NCBI RefSeq assembly: GCF_009914755.1 | Contig: NC_060942.1 | Reading direction: 5' to 3' (one strand) | Length of the DNA: 64,000 bases | DNA from: the human T2T-CHM13v2.0 reference genome, Homo sapiens | Shown here: in pieces, positions 1-13,955 of the stretch | How positions within the stretch are numbered: position 1 is the stretch's first letter | Layout: each line of letters begins with the position of its first letter | The notes under the pieces: model-generated | Databases searched by the model: none | Seen by the model: only the letters and a program-made list of their open reading frames with translations | What the model was told of the DNA's origin: nothing | Made by a program: the position numbers and the translations under genes

Positions 1-339
1 AGTTGTCAGTTTATTTAGGAAGATAAACTCCTCATTGGGAACAATATAAATAAATAGGCACAACTAAAGAACACAAAATTGAATTAGAAGCTGTAGTACC
101 ACTGACACATTGACTTTGTGATAAGAATGGGCACTTAATTAGATATGAGCAGAGCCCAGAACCATATGAAGTGAAAGATCTGAGAATGATGCCAACTCTA
201 AAACAACCTCTCCAATTAAAACATATTACAGATGTACAATAATTAAAGCAGTAAGCTATTGGAGCCACAATAGGCTGATTCGCTGTTGGAACAGCTTCAA
301 TAAGAATTTAGTCCAGAATAAAGAGGCATTTCAAATTCA

Positions 340-490
340 CTCACTAGGCAGTAAGTTCCAGGAAGCAGGACTCATGTCTATTTTGTTCAACATTGTTTTC
401 TAGAATTTAGTGCCTATACTGTAGTAGCCACTCAATAATTAAGTGTAGAAGTAATTACATAATTAGTGATGTGGAAAAATGAATGAAAGT
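340..490 (+). mobile_element. L2 3' end fragment
   Basis: ctag..gtaagttccaggaagcaggactcatgtctattttgttca...ctcaata...aatgaatgaa resembles the L2 terminus. Confidence 0.55.
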
Positions 491-729
491 TTAAAAATGA
501 GAATACAATAGGCACAGTGCAGTGCCATATATATTCTATAGTTAGTATGTACACACAGGTATATAACAGGCACATAGATTCCCACAAAACATAGATATAC
601 CCAGCTATGCTGATTTGGTATCCAGGGATGGTACTTTTATCAGTGATTTTCTTGTTCTATTTGCTTATCCATATGTCCCAACTTATATGGAATGAATGAA
701 TGTTAGTTACGTAAAAAATGTAAGAAATA

Positions 730-1076
<347 letters not shown>

Positions 1077-1834
1077 TTATCAAGTAACATTTGCCAAAAA
1101 GCCACTAAGAAAGGCTGTGAAGAAATGTCTTTAGAGAACATTTCATACAAGGGGACTCCACTGTGACATGAATCACATAATCTGAAGGTCCCCTGAAATA
1201 AATTAGCCAGCTATTACTGGGCACTTGAGTGAACACTAGTTTTGAGCCAATTATTCCACAATCAAGGCATTTTTAGCTGCACAGAGCTGAGAGCAGTGTG
1301 TTAATCAGTCCCATACAGCCTGAAGAGGGCGAGAGTCTAAAGAGAGTGCGAGGTTCAATGAGGCCTATCCTCAAAACCAAAAGAGAACAATTGTCTGCTG
1401 GGAAGGTAGAAATGGAAAATGAGGCCACAAAAATTAACATGTAAAAAACTATTATTATGATTTTTTATCTTCTGTTTGGGGAAAGCAGAAAGAACATGAT
1501 AGTGGAAGGAATAATTCCAAAAGAGGATAAGGCCTCCAGTGGGAAGTCAGAACATCTCCACAGTCTACAGGACTGGGCAACATTACGCTGGCAGGTGACA
1601 ATTGGCAGAAAATCAAAATACTGAGGGATGGAGTAGAACAGGTGAACAGCTCCAGGCAGTGGGTGATGCGCCATTTGACAGAGACAGAAGCAGAGACACG
1701 GCAAGAAATGGAATGAGGTGGAGGTGCTGTGGGGTCTTCAGAGGAGCTCCAACCTTGGCAGGGGCTTCATTGCACTTCCTGCAAGGCAGGGGCATCGCCA
1801 GCAGAGGACAGCAGCTGAGTGCTAGCAAGGGGGT

Positions 1835-2194
1835 TGATATGGTTTGGCTCTGTGTCCTCACCCAAATCTCACCTTGAATTGTAATAATCCTCACCTGTCA
1901 AGGGCAGGGCCAGGTGGAGTTAATTGAATCATGGTGGCAATTTCTCCCACATGGTTCTCATGATAGTGAGTGATTTCTCACAAGATCTAATGGTTTTATA
2001 AGCATCTGGCATTTCCCCTACTGACACTTCTCTTGCCTGCTGCTATGCAAGCTATGGCTTCCACCTTCCGCCATGCCATGATTGTGAGGCCTCCCCAGCC
2101 ATGTGGAACTGTGAGTGCACTAAACTTCTTTTTCTTTATAAGTTACCCAGTCTTGGGTATGTCTTTATTAGCAGTGTGAGAACAGACTAATAGA
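1835..2194 (+). mobile_element. THE1-family MaLR solo LTR
   Basis: tgatatggtttggctctgtgtcc...gaacagactaataga, with a 5-bp TSD GGGGT on both sides. Confidence 0.9.
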
Positions 2195-2721
2195 GGGGTC
2201 CTGAGGAAAGGGGAAGTGAATGGGAGAGAAGAAAAGCATGTCTTATCCCAGGACATTAGATTGTATTGTGCTCAGTTTTAAAACACTGAAAAGTAAGACA
2301 ATTATAACAGGCTTCTAGAAGTAGGTAAGCCTGGAGGCAAAGCTGGGAGGCCAGGATGGATGTGAATGAAGAAAGGAGGAAAGAGGACATCCCAAGCCAG
2401 GAAAGGATCATGCATGGGAACCAAAGCAGGAGACAGGAAGCCTGGCCGTCTGACTAGAGTGAAATTTACACAAGAGTAGATTTGAGCAAGCCTCTGATTC
2501 AAGCCCATATCGAGAGAAGTTATCATCTGCCTCTCCATTACAGCAAGTATTCTGGAAAATCCGAATGAACTTTTAATAATAATTTAATAATATTTATTTA
2601 ATATGTAACAAAAATGCTAATAATTTAATAACAATACAATCTTTTAAACACTTCATAATTTAACAATTGTTAAATTGTCAGTCCTTTTTTCCATAGTGCT
2701 AATTTCTTATGCATAGAATAT

Positions 2722-2956
2722 GCACAGACACACTCACAAAATGACACTTGCATACACACAGAGACACATGCACATACACTTAGACATAGACAGACCCAGC
2801 ACACACAGTCACACAGACACTCATATGCCCGCTCCCAAACAGACATACTCGTAGTGTTATACAGGCATACAATGCATGCTTTCATACACAGGCTCACTGA
2901 TACTGATACCCTCACGTGCACAGACACACACACACACACACACACTCACACCCTCA
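2722..2956. repeat. Degenerate CA-rich tract with a pure (AC)11 at 2924-2945
   Basis: Seen directly. Confidence 0.9.
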
Positions 2957-2987
2957 CAACAAAATGTAAGACAGGTTCCCTCCTTAC

Positions 2988-3071
2988 CTGGGCTTCAAGT
3001 ATGTTAACCTTTTCTCTGAGATTTTCAATTCTTTTGTCTTGTTCTTTTAAATTATTTTTTAATCCTTCCAT
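2988..3071 (-). CDS. CCDC68: CCDC68 exon 10: MEGLKNNLKEQDKRIENLREKVNILEAQ
   Basis: Acceptor ttcttag|ATG, donor CAG|gtaagg. 84 nt. Confidence 0.93.
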
Positions 3072-4345
3072 CTAAGAATTAGAAAACACAATAGGAAAAA
3101 CCTTGTCAGACCACAGGAAATAGTTACTTAAGTCAGAAATTGTATGGATTTCTGAGGTCAAAAGATGTTCATCAAATTAAAAAAAAAATTAAATCCCAAA
3201 GCATTAGCAGACTCAGCAGGCAACAGAAAATAGCAGGCCAAACTGACACCTGGGGCTGAAAGCCCTCAGCTGGTGCCGTGATTCACTTTAATCTTTGGAT
3301 AACCTGTTTAAACCAAGTTCAGCAGGAGTGCGTCCTGTGAAAGCAGCACTGGCCGCCCTTCTGCATCTCAGCAACTTAATGTTTTCATCCTGCAGATGCA
3401 GCTGCTGGTGGACAGGATGCGAGACCACTGCCTGGTGTGCAGAGGGTCCCTGCAGTAGAGATTTGTCAAGCAGCAGCATAATAAGGTGAGCCTGCTTTGC
3501 CAAGAGGCAATGTGGAATTGGGAGGTGGGGTGATGAGATGCAAAGCAGTGTAAGAAGAGAGGGGACACAAGGATTCTAAGACCAACTTTGGCACCACTAG
3601 CTGTCATTAAACTGCTCTATAAAAAGAGGGTGTGGGATGCCCCCAAAGTCCCTCCTGGCTCTCAAATTCCACTACTCAATTCTCTGGCCTTTTAGTGATG
3701 TCATAGCCAAGCAAGCACAAATGCTATATCTATGTGAGGAAGGCTCTGGAGTATTTGGGAGGACTTGTATTTGGCAGTAAAGTAACTGAATAGAAGTCTG
3801 ATTTTAAATTTTAAAACAGAACCCCAAAACCAGATCAATGCATATCTTGAAGTAGATTTTAAATACACACTCCGCCATCTAGCTGGCTGTTACCACAATC
3901 GCCTCGACTTTGCCACCTATCAGGCTGCTCCCAGAGAAGAAGGGCCAGGCTACACCCCTATCCTAAATCATGTCCTAAATAAATTATGAGGTTATGAAAA
4001 CAGATCATTTCATACTCAAGGAAGGGCTGAATCTCCTGATCTACAAAATTGTCTAAAGACCAGTGTACATTATTTGGCGCAGAAGACTTTTAGAAAATCA
4101 CTGAAACATCTAAAAAACAGTTATACATAACTTTCCAAGCTATCTTCATCGAGAGCATTACAGGTGTTTTTGTTACAAACAAGAGAGGGCATTGAAAACA
4201 GAGACATATTGCATGAGAAACAAAAAAGGATATGTCAGTAGGGAGAGAAATCTCATTGCTTCAAAAGTCCAGTCAAGCCACTCGTATTTGGGCTCCACGC
4301 TGTAAACATACTGTCTACCAGATAAATACACTTGATTAATCTGAC

Positions 4346-4451
4346 CTCCTGGATGACACTGCGCAGGTTCTGATGTTGGGAGTGAATCACAAACTGCAGA
4401 TGAGAGATCTGCTCCTGGAGAATGGAAATCTCCCTCTGAAGATCCTGGCAA
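4346..4451 (-). CDS. CCDC68: CCDC68 exon 9: (S)CQDLQREISILQEQISHLQFVIHSQHQNLRSVIQE
   Basis: Acceptor cattcccag|T, donor GAG|gtcaga. 106 nt, phase 2/0, complementing exon 8. Confidence 0.93.
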
Positions 4452-5299
4452 CTGGGAATGCAAAGGGAAAAAGACCAAGAGAAAATGATTGGCTCACACG
4501 TTCCATAGCTCGTCCTTACTGCTAGCCCTCCTACGCACTCTACTGCTACTGGGGATCAGTTGGGTAAGACCCCGGGGCCCCATTATGCCACATAGGACAC
4601 ACTGAAGATAAATAGCTATGAAGCGGGCTCTAATTTGATTGGATTTAACTTGAATGAGAATATCAATTCCCATCAAAATCTCCATTCTGGCCATCTGTGA
4701 CTCCTCTAGCAGGTAGTGGAATCAAGTTATATTCAGTACGATAAAGCACTTATACGCTAAATTGCCTTGCCTAAGCACCCACAGACCTGGCACCCATCAA
4801 ACTTCACAGACAATTGCATGCCAATAGCAGAGTCAGAACATGGGAGCAGAAATGGAGATTTTATCTATTAATATATTTATAAGAAACCAATTTCTAATGA
4901 TTCGGGCTTAGTATATGTTGTGGATTGTCTGTGTTTGTCTTTTTTTATTTTTTATTTTTTGGATTCCTACTTTTGGTAATTCTACTATCATTCCATAGGG
5001 AAACGGGGGGAAAAAAGGAGAAGAAAGGAAGAAATTTAATTCCAGCAAATATTTTTGAGTCCACATCCATCATTATGGAAAAAAAAGTCAATTTTGAATT
5101 TAGATTATTTATACTTTCCCAAAGCTTCATTCAGGTAACTGGAATTGGTTGTACTGTTTTGGCTGTTTCTCTTCTTGCTACTGTTATTAGAGTTATGAAG
5201 CCACATGCACTGTGGCAACACCACCAAGCTTAGAAGCATTGTGACCTCGGAGAAGTCACTTGGCCTTTGCTCTTATCCAATGTCATCCCAATTCTGTTT

Positions 5300-5570
5300 C
5301 TTTCTTTTTTCTTTTTTTTTTTTTTTGTTGTTGTTGGTTTGTTTTTTTTCAGACGGAGTCTTACTCTGTCGCCCAGGCTGGAGTGTAGTGAGGCGATCTT
5401 GGCTCACCGCAACCACCACTTCTGGGCTCAAGAAATTCTTGCAGCTGGGATTACAAGCATGCACCACCACACCTGGCTAATTTTTGTATTTTTAGTAGAG
5501 ATGGAGTTTCACCATGTTGGCGAGGCTGGTCTTGAGCTCCTGACCTCAGCTGATCCACCCACCTCAGCCT
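5300..5570 (-). mobile_element. Alu, internally deleted and truncated
   Basis: T-rich tail followed by reverse Alu sequence that stops within the left arm. Confidence 0.9.
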
Positions 5571-5685
5571 CTATGTGTATCACAAAGATAGCAGAAATTC
5601 ATAAAATACTATATAGCATGTTCTAATTAGAAAAAAAGAGTTATTAGTTTTCATTTTGTTTCATATAATGGACTAAAACATTGTT

Positions 5686-6437
5686 TCAGAGAAATGCACA
5701 TCTAAACCACTATGAGATACCATCTCGCAGCAGTCATAATGGCTATTATTAAAAAGTAAAAAAATAACAGATGTTGGCAAGGATGCAGAGAAAAGGGAAT
5801 GCTTATACACTGTTGGTGGGAATGTAAATTAGTTCAGCCACTTTGGAAAGCAGTTTGGACATTTCTTAAAAGGGTAAAAATAGAACTACCATTCAACCCA
5901 ACAATCCCATTACTGGGTATATACCCAAAGGAAAACCGATCATTCTACCAAAAAGACATGTGTACTCTTATGTCCATCACAGCAGTATTCACGACAGCAA
6001 AGACATAGAAACAACCTAGGTGCCTATCAACAGTGGATTCAATACAGAAAATGTGTTATATATACACCATGGAATACTATGCAGCCATAAAAAGGAATGA
6101 AATTGTGCCTTTTGCAGCAACGTGGATGCAACTGAAGGTCATCATCCTAAGTGAATTAAGGCATAAAAATAAAATCAAATACTGCACGATTCCACTTATA
6201 AGTGGGAGCTAAACACTGGGCAAACACAAACGTAAAGAAGGAAACAATAGACGCTGCGGACTATTAGAGGGGGAAAGAATGGAGGGGAAAGGGTTAAAAA
6301 ACTACCTGAGTGCTATGCTGGCTACCTAGGTGACAGATTCAATAGTAGCCCAAACCTCAGCATCAGGCAATATACCCACGTAACAAACCTGCACATGTAC
6401 TCCCACAGGTAAAATAAAAGTTGAAATTAAAACAAAA
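5686..6437 (+). mobile_element. 5'-truncated L1 (L1PA/L1PB-type): ORF2 C-terminus and 3'UTR
   Basis: ORF 5799..6008 [14 protein letters not shown]...ELPFNPTIPLLGIYPKE is the L1 ORF2 C-terminal motif. 3'UTR gtaacaaacctgcacatgtac...aataaaag. Confidence 0.92.
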
Positions 6438-7643
6438 AATCAGAAGCTTTATTTTAATTGGTCCAATAGAGTCCTGGAAAGAAAACAAAAGAAGTTTACA
6501 ATTTACAATTACAAAAGAAATTATTGTAATCTTCCAGGACTCTAGAAAGAGACAGGAGGGGAAGATAGGAGAATGTTTGGGAGTACAGCCACAAGAAATC
6601 TACAGGGAACAGGACGCCTACAACATTGGTGAGGGGAGTGAAGCAAATGAGGGGCCTGGGAGAAGGATGCAGAGAACAGAAAGAGAAGACACAAAATGAC
6701 GGGGGAACAAGAACACGCGTCAAGCGTGCTACTCTGTTTTAGATGATAATCGGAAACATGTCTGATTATCATACCTACACAACGAAATCTCACTGTGAAA
6801 GTCCATTTCCCTCCTCTTGATTAACACTACAAGCAACTATGAAACTAAGAAAAGCTATGAAAGAAATGTAAACGGTCAATGCAGGCTGAAGGAAGATCAC
6901 TAACTAGTTCAGCTGTGCCAATATTTTATCTGCTTTTTATAACATGATCATTTAAAGGACCCCATACCTGGCAGAAAGCCTCACTTTGATCTTTTTCTCT
7001 TAGAGAGGGGCAGTAGGGAATCCGAACCAAGTAAATAAACAAGCAGTCCCCTTGTTTTTTTTTCCATGGTCCACGGCAGGAAGTGTTTGAAAAGAAATAA
7101 GCTGGATGCCTGATTCAGATGAAAACGCTTTGTGCCCATGTAGTTTGAACTGACAATAGCAGCAATACTGAGCCCTCAGTATTTCCAAAATTCAAGTTCA
7201 GAGAATGGCTGCATCAGCACACCAGCCTGTATTCACATTAGATTTCAGTTGTCCCTAGACTTGAGGTTCAGAGGCTTCTTGAGGCACGGGAGACTGAGGA
7301 AATTTCAGCACCCCCAGCGGGTAAGGTGCCACACCCTAAGGATGTTGCGGGGAGATGGAAGAGCCTTCCAAGGTGAGACCAGACTTTGGATGTTGGCAAA
7401 CATTCTGAACAAACAGTGAGAAGGCTTACCGCCCACAGAGAATCTTCAGGGGCAGGATGTCTTCAGAAGTCCGGGGAGATTGGGAGTGTGCGAGAGGCAG
7501 GACTGAGAAATCTGCAGATGTTGCTCAGAACCCTTGGAGGGTAGAATTGCTGCGAACATGCAGAGGATGGGGTAACTAAGGAGCCTCAGAAGAAAACCTC
7601 AGTTACTAGGAAAAGATGACTGGAGGATATAAAGATCAAAACA

Positions 7644-8138
<495 letters not shown>

Positions 8139-8789
8139 TCAAAATTGCTCCAGCAAGGAAAGTAAAAGAAGAAAAGATAAAAATAACAGAAAGAGCAGCT
8201 ATGACCCACTTAATGGTCAGACTCAGGACTTTCCCAGGAAGTAATGAGAAAGAGCTTAAGACGCCTCGCAGAGGCAAGCTGGCTTTGAATATGCACGAAA
8301 TATAAAAATACTGTAAGCTGTTAAAGGTGAGTAAGGTGAGAATTTAAAATGGTTCTTTTTGTGTCCCATGACCCAGAACCTTGGAACCAATGGGAAAAAA
8401 AGATGGCTTTAGGCACAGAGAACATAGGTTGTTATTTTTCTATCAAAAATCCCAAGCTCAGAAAAATTTCCCATGTACTCCTTGAAGGTATTACCATAGC
8501 GTTCACTGTAAGTAAAAAAAAAAAAAAAATTGAAATTGGCCTCAAAATAGAAGAAAACTATTTCTAGAAGCACTCTTGAAAACACATGGCCTTGGGGCTT
8601 CACTTGTCTCCATTAACACACTAAAACAGTGACTAAAGGCCATTGCAGAAAATCTCTATTAGGACTGTCCAATAAATATGAAGCCTAGTCATCCATTTAA
8701 GACCTTTAAATGTAAAAATATATCTAAGTAAGCTGCCACTTGATCTTCTTTTGAGCTTTGTTATTTATCTTTCTGTTAAAGCACTCAGT

Positions 8790-9071
8790 CTTTTTTTTTT
8801 TTAAAACAAAGTCTCACTCTGTCACCCAGCCTGAAGTGCAATGATGCAATCTCGGCTCACTGCAACCTCCGGCTCCTGGGTATAAGTGATTCTCCTGCCT
8901 TAGCCTCTTGAGTAGCTGGGAATTACAGGCACCCATCACTATGCCCGGCTAATTTTTCTATTTTTAGTGGAGACGGGGTTTCACCATGTTGGCCAGGCTG
9001 ACCTCAAGTGATCTGCCCACCTCAGCCTCCCAAAGTGCTGGGATTACAGGCATCAACCACTGCACCTAGCC
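8790..9071 (-). mobile_element. Alu (AluS-like)
   Basis: Reverse Alu with T tail and a short left-arm deletion. Confidence 0.92.
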
Positions 9072-9279
9072 CAATCTTAATAAAGAGGTACACAAGCAAA
9101 ACTGGAGGAAGAAAACATAAGGAAGGGTCAAGCCTAAAAAAAGGAGGCAAATGTCTGTATCTGGGATTCATGCTCTGCCTTCCAATGTCTCAACATAATT
9201 TTTGATCATGTTTTCCTCTACAATGCAACTGAATAAAAATATAAAGCAAATGTTGAAATTAAAGCAGAATTGAAAAGCT

Positions 9280-9560
9280 TTGGCTTCTAAGAAAATGTAG
9301 AATACATGCTTTTCCCCATTGTTCCTGCTAAATACAACTAAAAGCCCTGGATATTGTATATGAAAAAAAAAACACAAGAAGACTCTGAACAGCGGAGAGA
9401 AGAAGGCAGACTGGCTCTGGAACCTGGGATCCAAGAAATGACACAATGGTGAATCCTCTGGGGTTTCTTTTTATCTCACACATCCCAGACTTGGAGCTGG
9501 AAAAAAACAGCAGCCTGGAATGCCAATGGGGGCAAGCAGAAAAAGCCCCAACAAAAAGAG
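9280..9560 (+). mobile_element. Old L1M 5' region fragment
   Basis: cctgctaaatacaactaaaagccctggat...aagactctgaa...gagagaagaaggcagactggct resembles L1M 5' ends (from memory). Confidence 0.45.
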
Positions 9561-11247
9561 AAGAGAATCTCTGCCCTACCCTTTTGAAGGAGGGAATTGA
9601 GGATTCTCTCTCAATTCATCACTGAAGGAGGGGGAAGAGACAACTATTTCTGGTTCACTTCCTGTTAGATTCCTTAGCATTCAAGAAAGGAAGTCAATCC
9701 TATCTTTAACTGCAGAAATGTGAAAAGAAATTACTTTGCCTCTAATTAGCAACATGGGATGATCATAGAAGAAGCACTTGACAGGAAGCCCACCCTCAAT
9801 TTCTCTACTCCCCAACGTCTCCCAAAGGGTTGGTGAAAAGAAACTGAGTTCATGGAGAACTTCTCTCCCTCCACTCCTCACAATACTCGACAATCTATCT
9901 TTGGGTCAACTTATACCATAGCGGGTAGCATTATTGGACTTTCTCACCGTGCCCTCTGTTCCCCCCTGTTCCAATGGCTTTTATTGAATTGTGTTGGCAT
10001 CATGCTATTCTGTTTAGATGATGTTCTGAGGTAAGCCTTTGTGTTTATCACAAGGGGTAAGCTGAAAACATTATTCAGGGTTCTTTTTATGACCATACCC
10101 TGGGCAATTTTCTTTCTGGCTTTATAGATAGATAAGAAATAACTGAATGATCGCAAACACCTGATTGGTTTTAATCATGTGGAATTGTGACTCAGAAAAC
10201 TAATCATCATTTCCTGTTTGGGTTGGCTGCTGGAAAATTTGAAACTGAGTCAGTGATCCCCTGTGAGCAAGTCTGTAGCATCCATGGGCCTAATTTTGTA
10301 AATGTAACCTTATGGTATACCTATTCTTATATCTCCTTGTCCTCATCATCTAATTTTTTTCTAATTTAAGTAATCATATTATATTTTACATAGTTTTTAT
10401 AAATAACCTTAGATTTTCTTAAAAATTTCACAAAGGGCATGAATAGCCTGAGCATGGCCATATTTACACAACTCAAGAATATAACATGTTTAAATCTTTA
10501 TAAAGTACATTTCTTATCAAGGATTCATGTAGTAAGATGTTGATGAGAATGAAAATTCCAGAAGAAGCCAAAAGAACTAGGTGCTGAGACAAAGGAAATA
10601 AAAGTAGCAACGAAAGCCATGTTGCAGGCTCTAAGAGGCTACTTCTGGGTACACTACAGATTATAGAGGCATTGGAAATGTGAATAGCCCTACATAGAAA
10701 TCCCACAGGATACAGAAGATAGTGAGATTAGTGGCATCGTAGAGCTTCTCTGAAGCTATAAAAGAATCTTACTACCATCTGTGGGGACTCATACTGCCTT
10801 CTGTTTAGGATCCAATGTTTCTCTGGACTTCCATGAGTGTAAACATCACTGACTATGGGCCCCCAGTGGAATAAAGGATAACTAGGGACCACAACCACAA
10901 GAAGAGAAGAGGTCAGATCCTTACCATTCCCAGGCCAGACTAAGGGAAAGAATCAGCTTGGATGTAGGTGTAGCCCTGTTTGCATTTCAACAAAATTCAT
11001 GAATGTGTCTTACTATTTTCTATAAAATTCTTCTTTATTATTATTTTCATTGGTGGTACCAAAGGGGTGCCTTGAGAGAACACTCCCACCCCAAACTACT
11101 GCAGATAAATGTACAATTTAAGTGGCAACCATATGCTTTGACATGCAACCTCAGCTTCAAGGTCTTTCCTCCTCTAAGGAGTTTCCATTCCTAAGCAGCA
11201 TCTATGTAAATACAGAGGGGCCAACACTGTTTATTTTTACAGCTCCC

Positions 11248-11632
11248 TGTATTAGTCTGTTCTCATGCTGCTATGAAAACATACCCGAGACTGGGTAATT
11301 TATAAAGGAAAGAGGTTTAGTTGATTCACAGTTCTGCAGGGCTGGGGAGGCCTCAGGAAACTTACAGTCATGTTGGAAGGGCAAGTAAACATGTCCTTCT
11401 TCACATGGCGGGCCAAAACCATGCAGCAAGGAGAAGTGCAAAGCAAAAGGAGGAAAAGCCCCTTATAAAACCATCAGAACTTGTGAGAACTCATGAGAAC
11501 AGCAGCATTGGGCTAACCGCCCCCATGGTTCAATTACCTCCCACCAGGTTTCTCCCATGACATGTAGGGATTATGGGAACTACAATTCAAGATTCTCATC
11601 TTTTCGGGTGGGGACACAGCCAAACCATATCA
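11248..11632 (-). mobile_element. THE1-family solo LTR
   Basis: tgtattagtctgttctcatgctgct...ggggacacagccaaaccatatca. TSD ctccc/atccc. Confidence 0.9.
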
Positions 11633-13872
11633 ATCCCAAATATGTTTCCCCAAAAGATAACTCTTAAAAAGGCCTGCATATTTGTTCGTGATGTGGCAGG
11701 GCAGATGGAAAAGTTGGAAAATGGCTTTTTGCTAGTCGTCACTCAGAGGAATGAAGAACCCAGTTTAAGAGATCTTCAGAGGTTTCTAGAAATAAAAGAA
11801 AGATGGTCAAAATCTTGTATAGCAGAATGAGCTAATGCTTTGCTATGTATGAGAATGTAGGAGCAAAATCTCCGAGCTCTATAATTTCTGAGAGATTGAG
11901 CAATCTTGGACAACTCAATTAGAACTTCATCTCTTTCCCAGAAAGGTGAATGAAAGGAATAAAATAAAGAAGTTACCTGAGGTTATTCTGAAAACTGCAA
12001 AGCATTTTACCTGTGTCAATTACCAGTAATGGTAATAGAAATATGGAGTCAACCTTATTTTTAAGAAGACAAATCTTTTTGACTTTTCTGTCTCTTTTTT
12101 ATGACCATATCTATCTAATCTTAACCTAACAGAAACTGTCTTTTTTGTAGTAGCTTAATCAAGTCTCTGTTATTTCAACCAAAAGAGTCTGAGTCATACT
12201 GATTTCATTTTCTTGTTACTTCACAAACTGAATGCCTCTACATAAAGCTCAGACAAAGTAATAAGTCATCACAAATATGTATGATACCTACAATCTGTAA
12301 AAATTGCATAAGCCTGGATGTTGGAAAAACCTTTCTAGAAACACCAAACATCCATTTTTCCCAAGAAATTTCTAAAACTTCCTTAGGAGCTTTTAAAGAA
12401 TTATTTATAACAACTGCTTATATAGAATAGAAGAGAAAGAATAGATCAGGTTGGTTTTTAAAACAGGTATATTGTTGGCTCAAAGACAGACAATAGCCCT
12501 ATCACCAATTTTTTTTAAAACACATTTTTTAAAGGAAAAAAAAAATCAAGCTTGGAAGGCCTGAACTTTTAATGGAAGATGCGTACAAATCAGTAGTTCT
12601 GCTACCTGGAAAAGCTCTGCCTATTTAAGAAAAAATATTAACTGAAGATGTACTTAGAATTAAGTTATGAATATCCATATGTAATTCCAAGATCTAAGGA
12701 TACTTTCTACAGTATTTCCTTCAATCTCTACAGAAATGTTCAGTGTTATAAAACTATCTTAGAAGTCCACTCTCTTGGGCTATATGTTTGTTACAGGGAA
12801 GAAGATAGGAAAATTAATAACATATTGGTATCCTAGTATGTTTCAAATGTGTGTGTGTAATTGCCAGGATCAGCCCATTTCTGGGCTTTGGCATATGTGG
12901 TCCAAAATGCAGGATTACAAGCCAGGCAGAAGGTACAACATATGAGGACAGGTGGGAAGAAAGATAAAAAAGGAAAGGAAGCAGCAGGGAGCCTGTAGGG
13001 GGGAAATCGAAAGACTGAGAAAGAGGGATGTCTGAGCACACATCATTGAATAAATGACAACAATTCTGTCCATAATGGTGCCTGATACCCTAGTGAACAA
13101 CAGTTCTAGGATGACAAACTAAGATCTTGAAATCGATTTGACTTTGAACAATATTATATAATTATATCGGAACATACAATGACTGTGTTGGACTTAGAAT
13201 TTTTTAAAAATAAAGAAAAATCTCATAAAATGTCTTATGATATGATTTATTACATGATAATACAGAGACTTTTTCTAATAGCGGCTGAGTAGCACAGCGA
13301 TTATGGTGATATCCACAAACCCATCCCCAGCATACTGAGGACTGTGACTGCTTGTGAACTTTGAGTATTTATAAGTAAGTCCAAAGGACTAAGGATATTG
13401 TCCATAGCATTTCCTTCACCTTACAGAATTAAGGAGTATCAGGAAACTGTCTTAGAATTCTGCTTGTGGGCTGGCCAGTGTAATATCTGCTGTAGAAGTG
13501 ACTCATTAATAAACACAGAAGCATCAGGGAATAAAGATCTCTCAAGCGTCCTCCTTAGCACAAATGGTAAACCAGGAGGTGCCAGGCTCACTCACTCATT
13601 CACTCTTTAGAAGGACTAACCTTCCTGCAGGGTTCCCTGCACCCCCAGTGAACTCTGCCCCCGGCTCCCAACTGCCCTGTGATTCCTCTGAGTTTGAGGA
13701 AGGGGAGGCACATAACTACATGACTGTTAATCCCAAGAATTCAACCTTCCTCCTGCACTGTCAGTCATCCTATTTCTTTGGGGGACAGAAGGTCTTCTGT
13801 TCCCTGGCTGGCATACCAGTGGACAGGAAAGAAATCAGGAACTGCCTTTACTTAACAGGTAGCTTCACAAAC

Positions 13873-13955
13873 CTTTTTCCATATGTAGCACTGGATTTGA
13901 GTTGCAGTAGCTTGTTTTCCAAAGACAGTTTTCTTTCTAGTAGTGTTCTCTTTTC
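13873..13955 (-). CDS. CCDC68: CCDC68 exon 8: EKRTLLERKLSLENKLLQLKSSATYGK(S)
   Basis: Acceptor ttttctcctag|GAA, donor AG|gtttgt. 83 nt, phase 0/2. Confidence 0.93.

Noticed and set aside
3288-3503. Minus-strand ORF with a coiled-coil-like QQLHLQDENIKLLR in intron 9, considered as an extra exon
   Set aside because: Weak acceptor and only a poor, frame-shifting donor. Exons 9 and 10 already join in frame without it.
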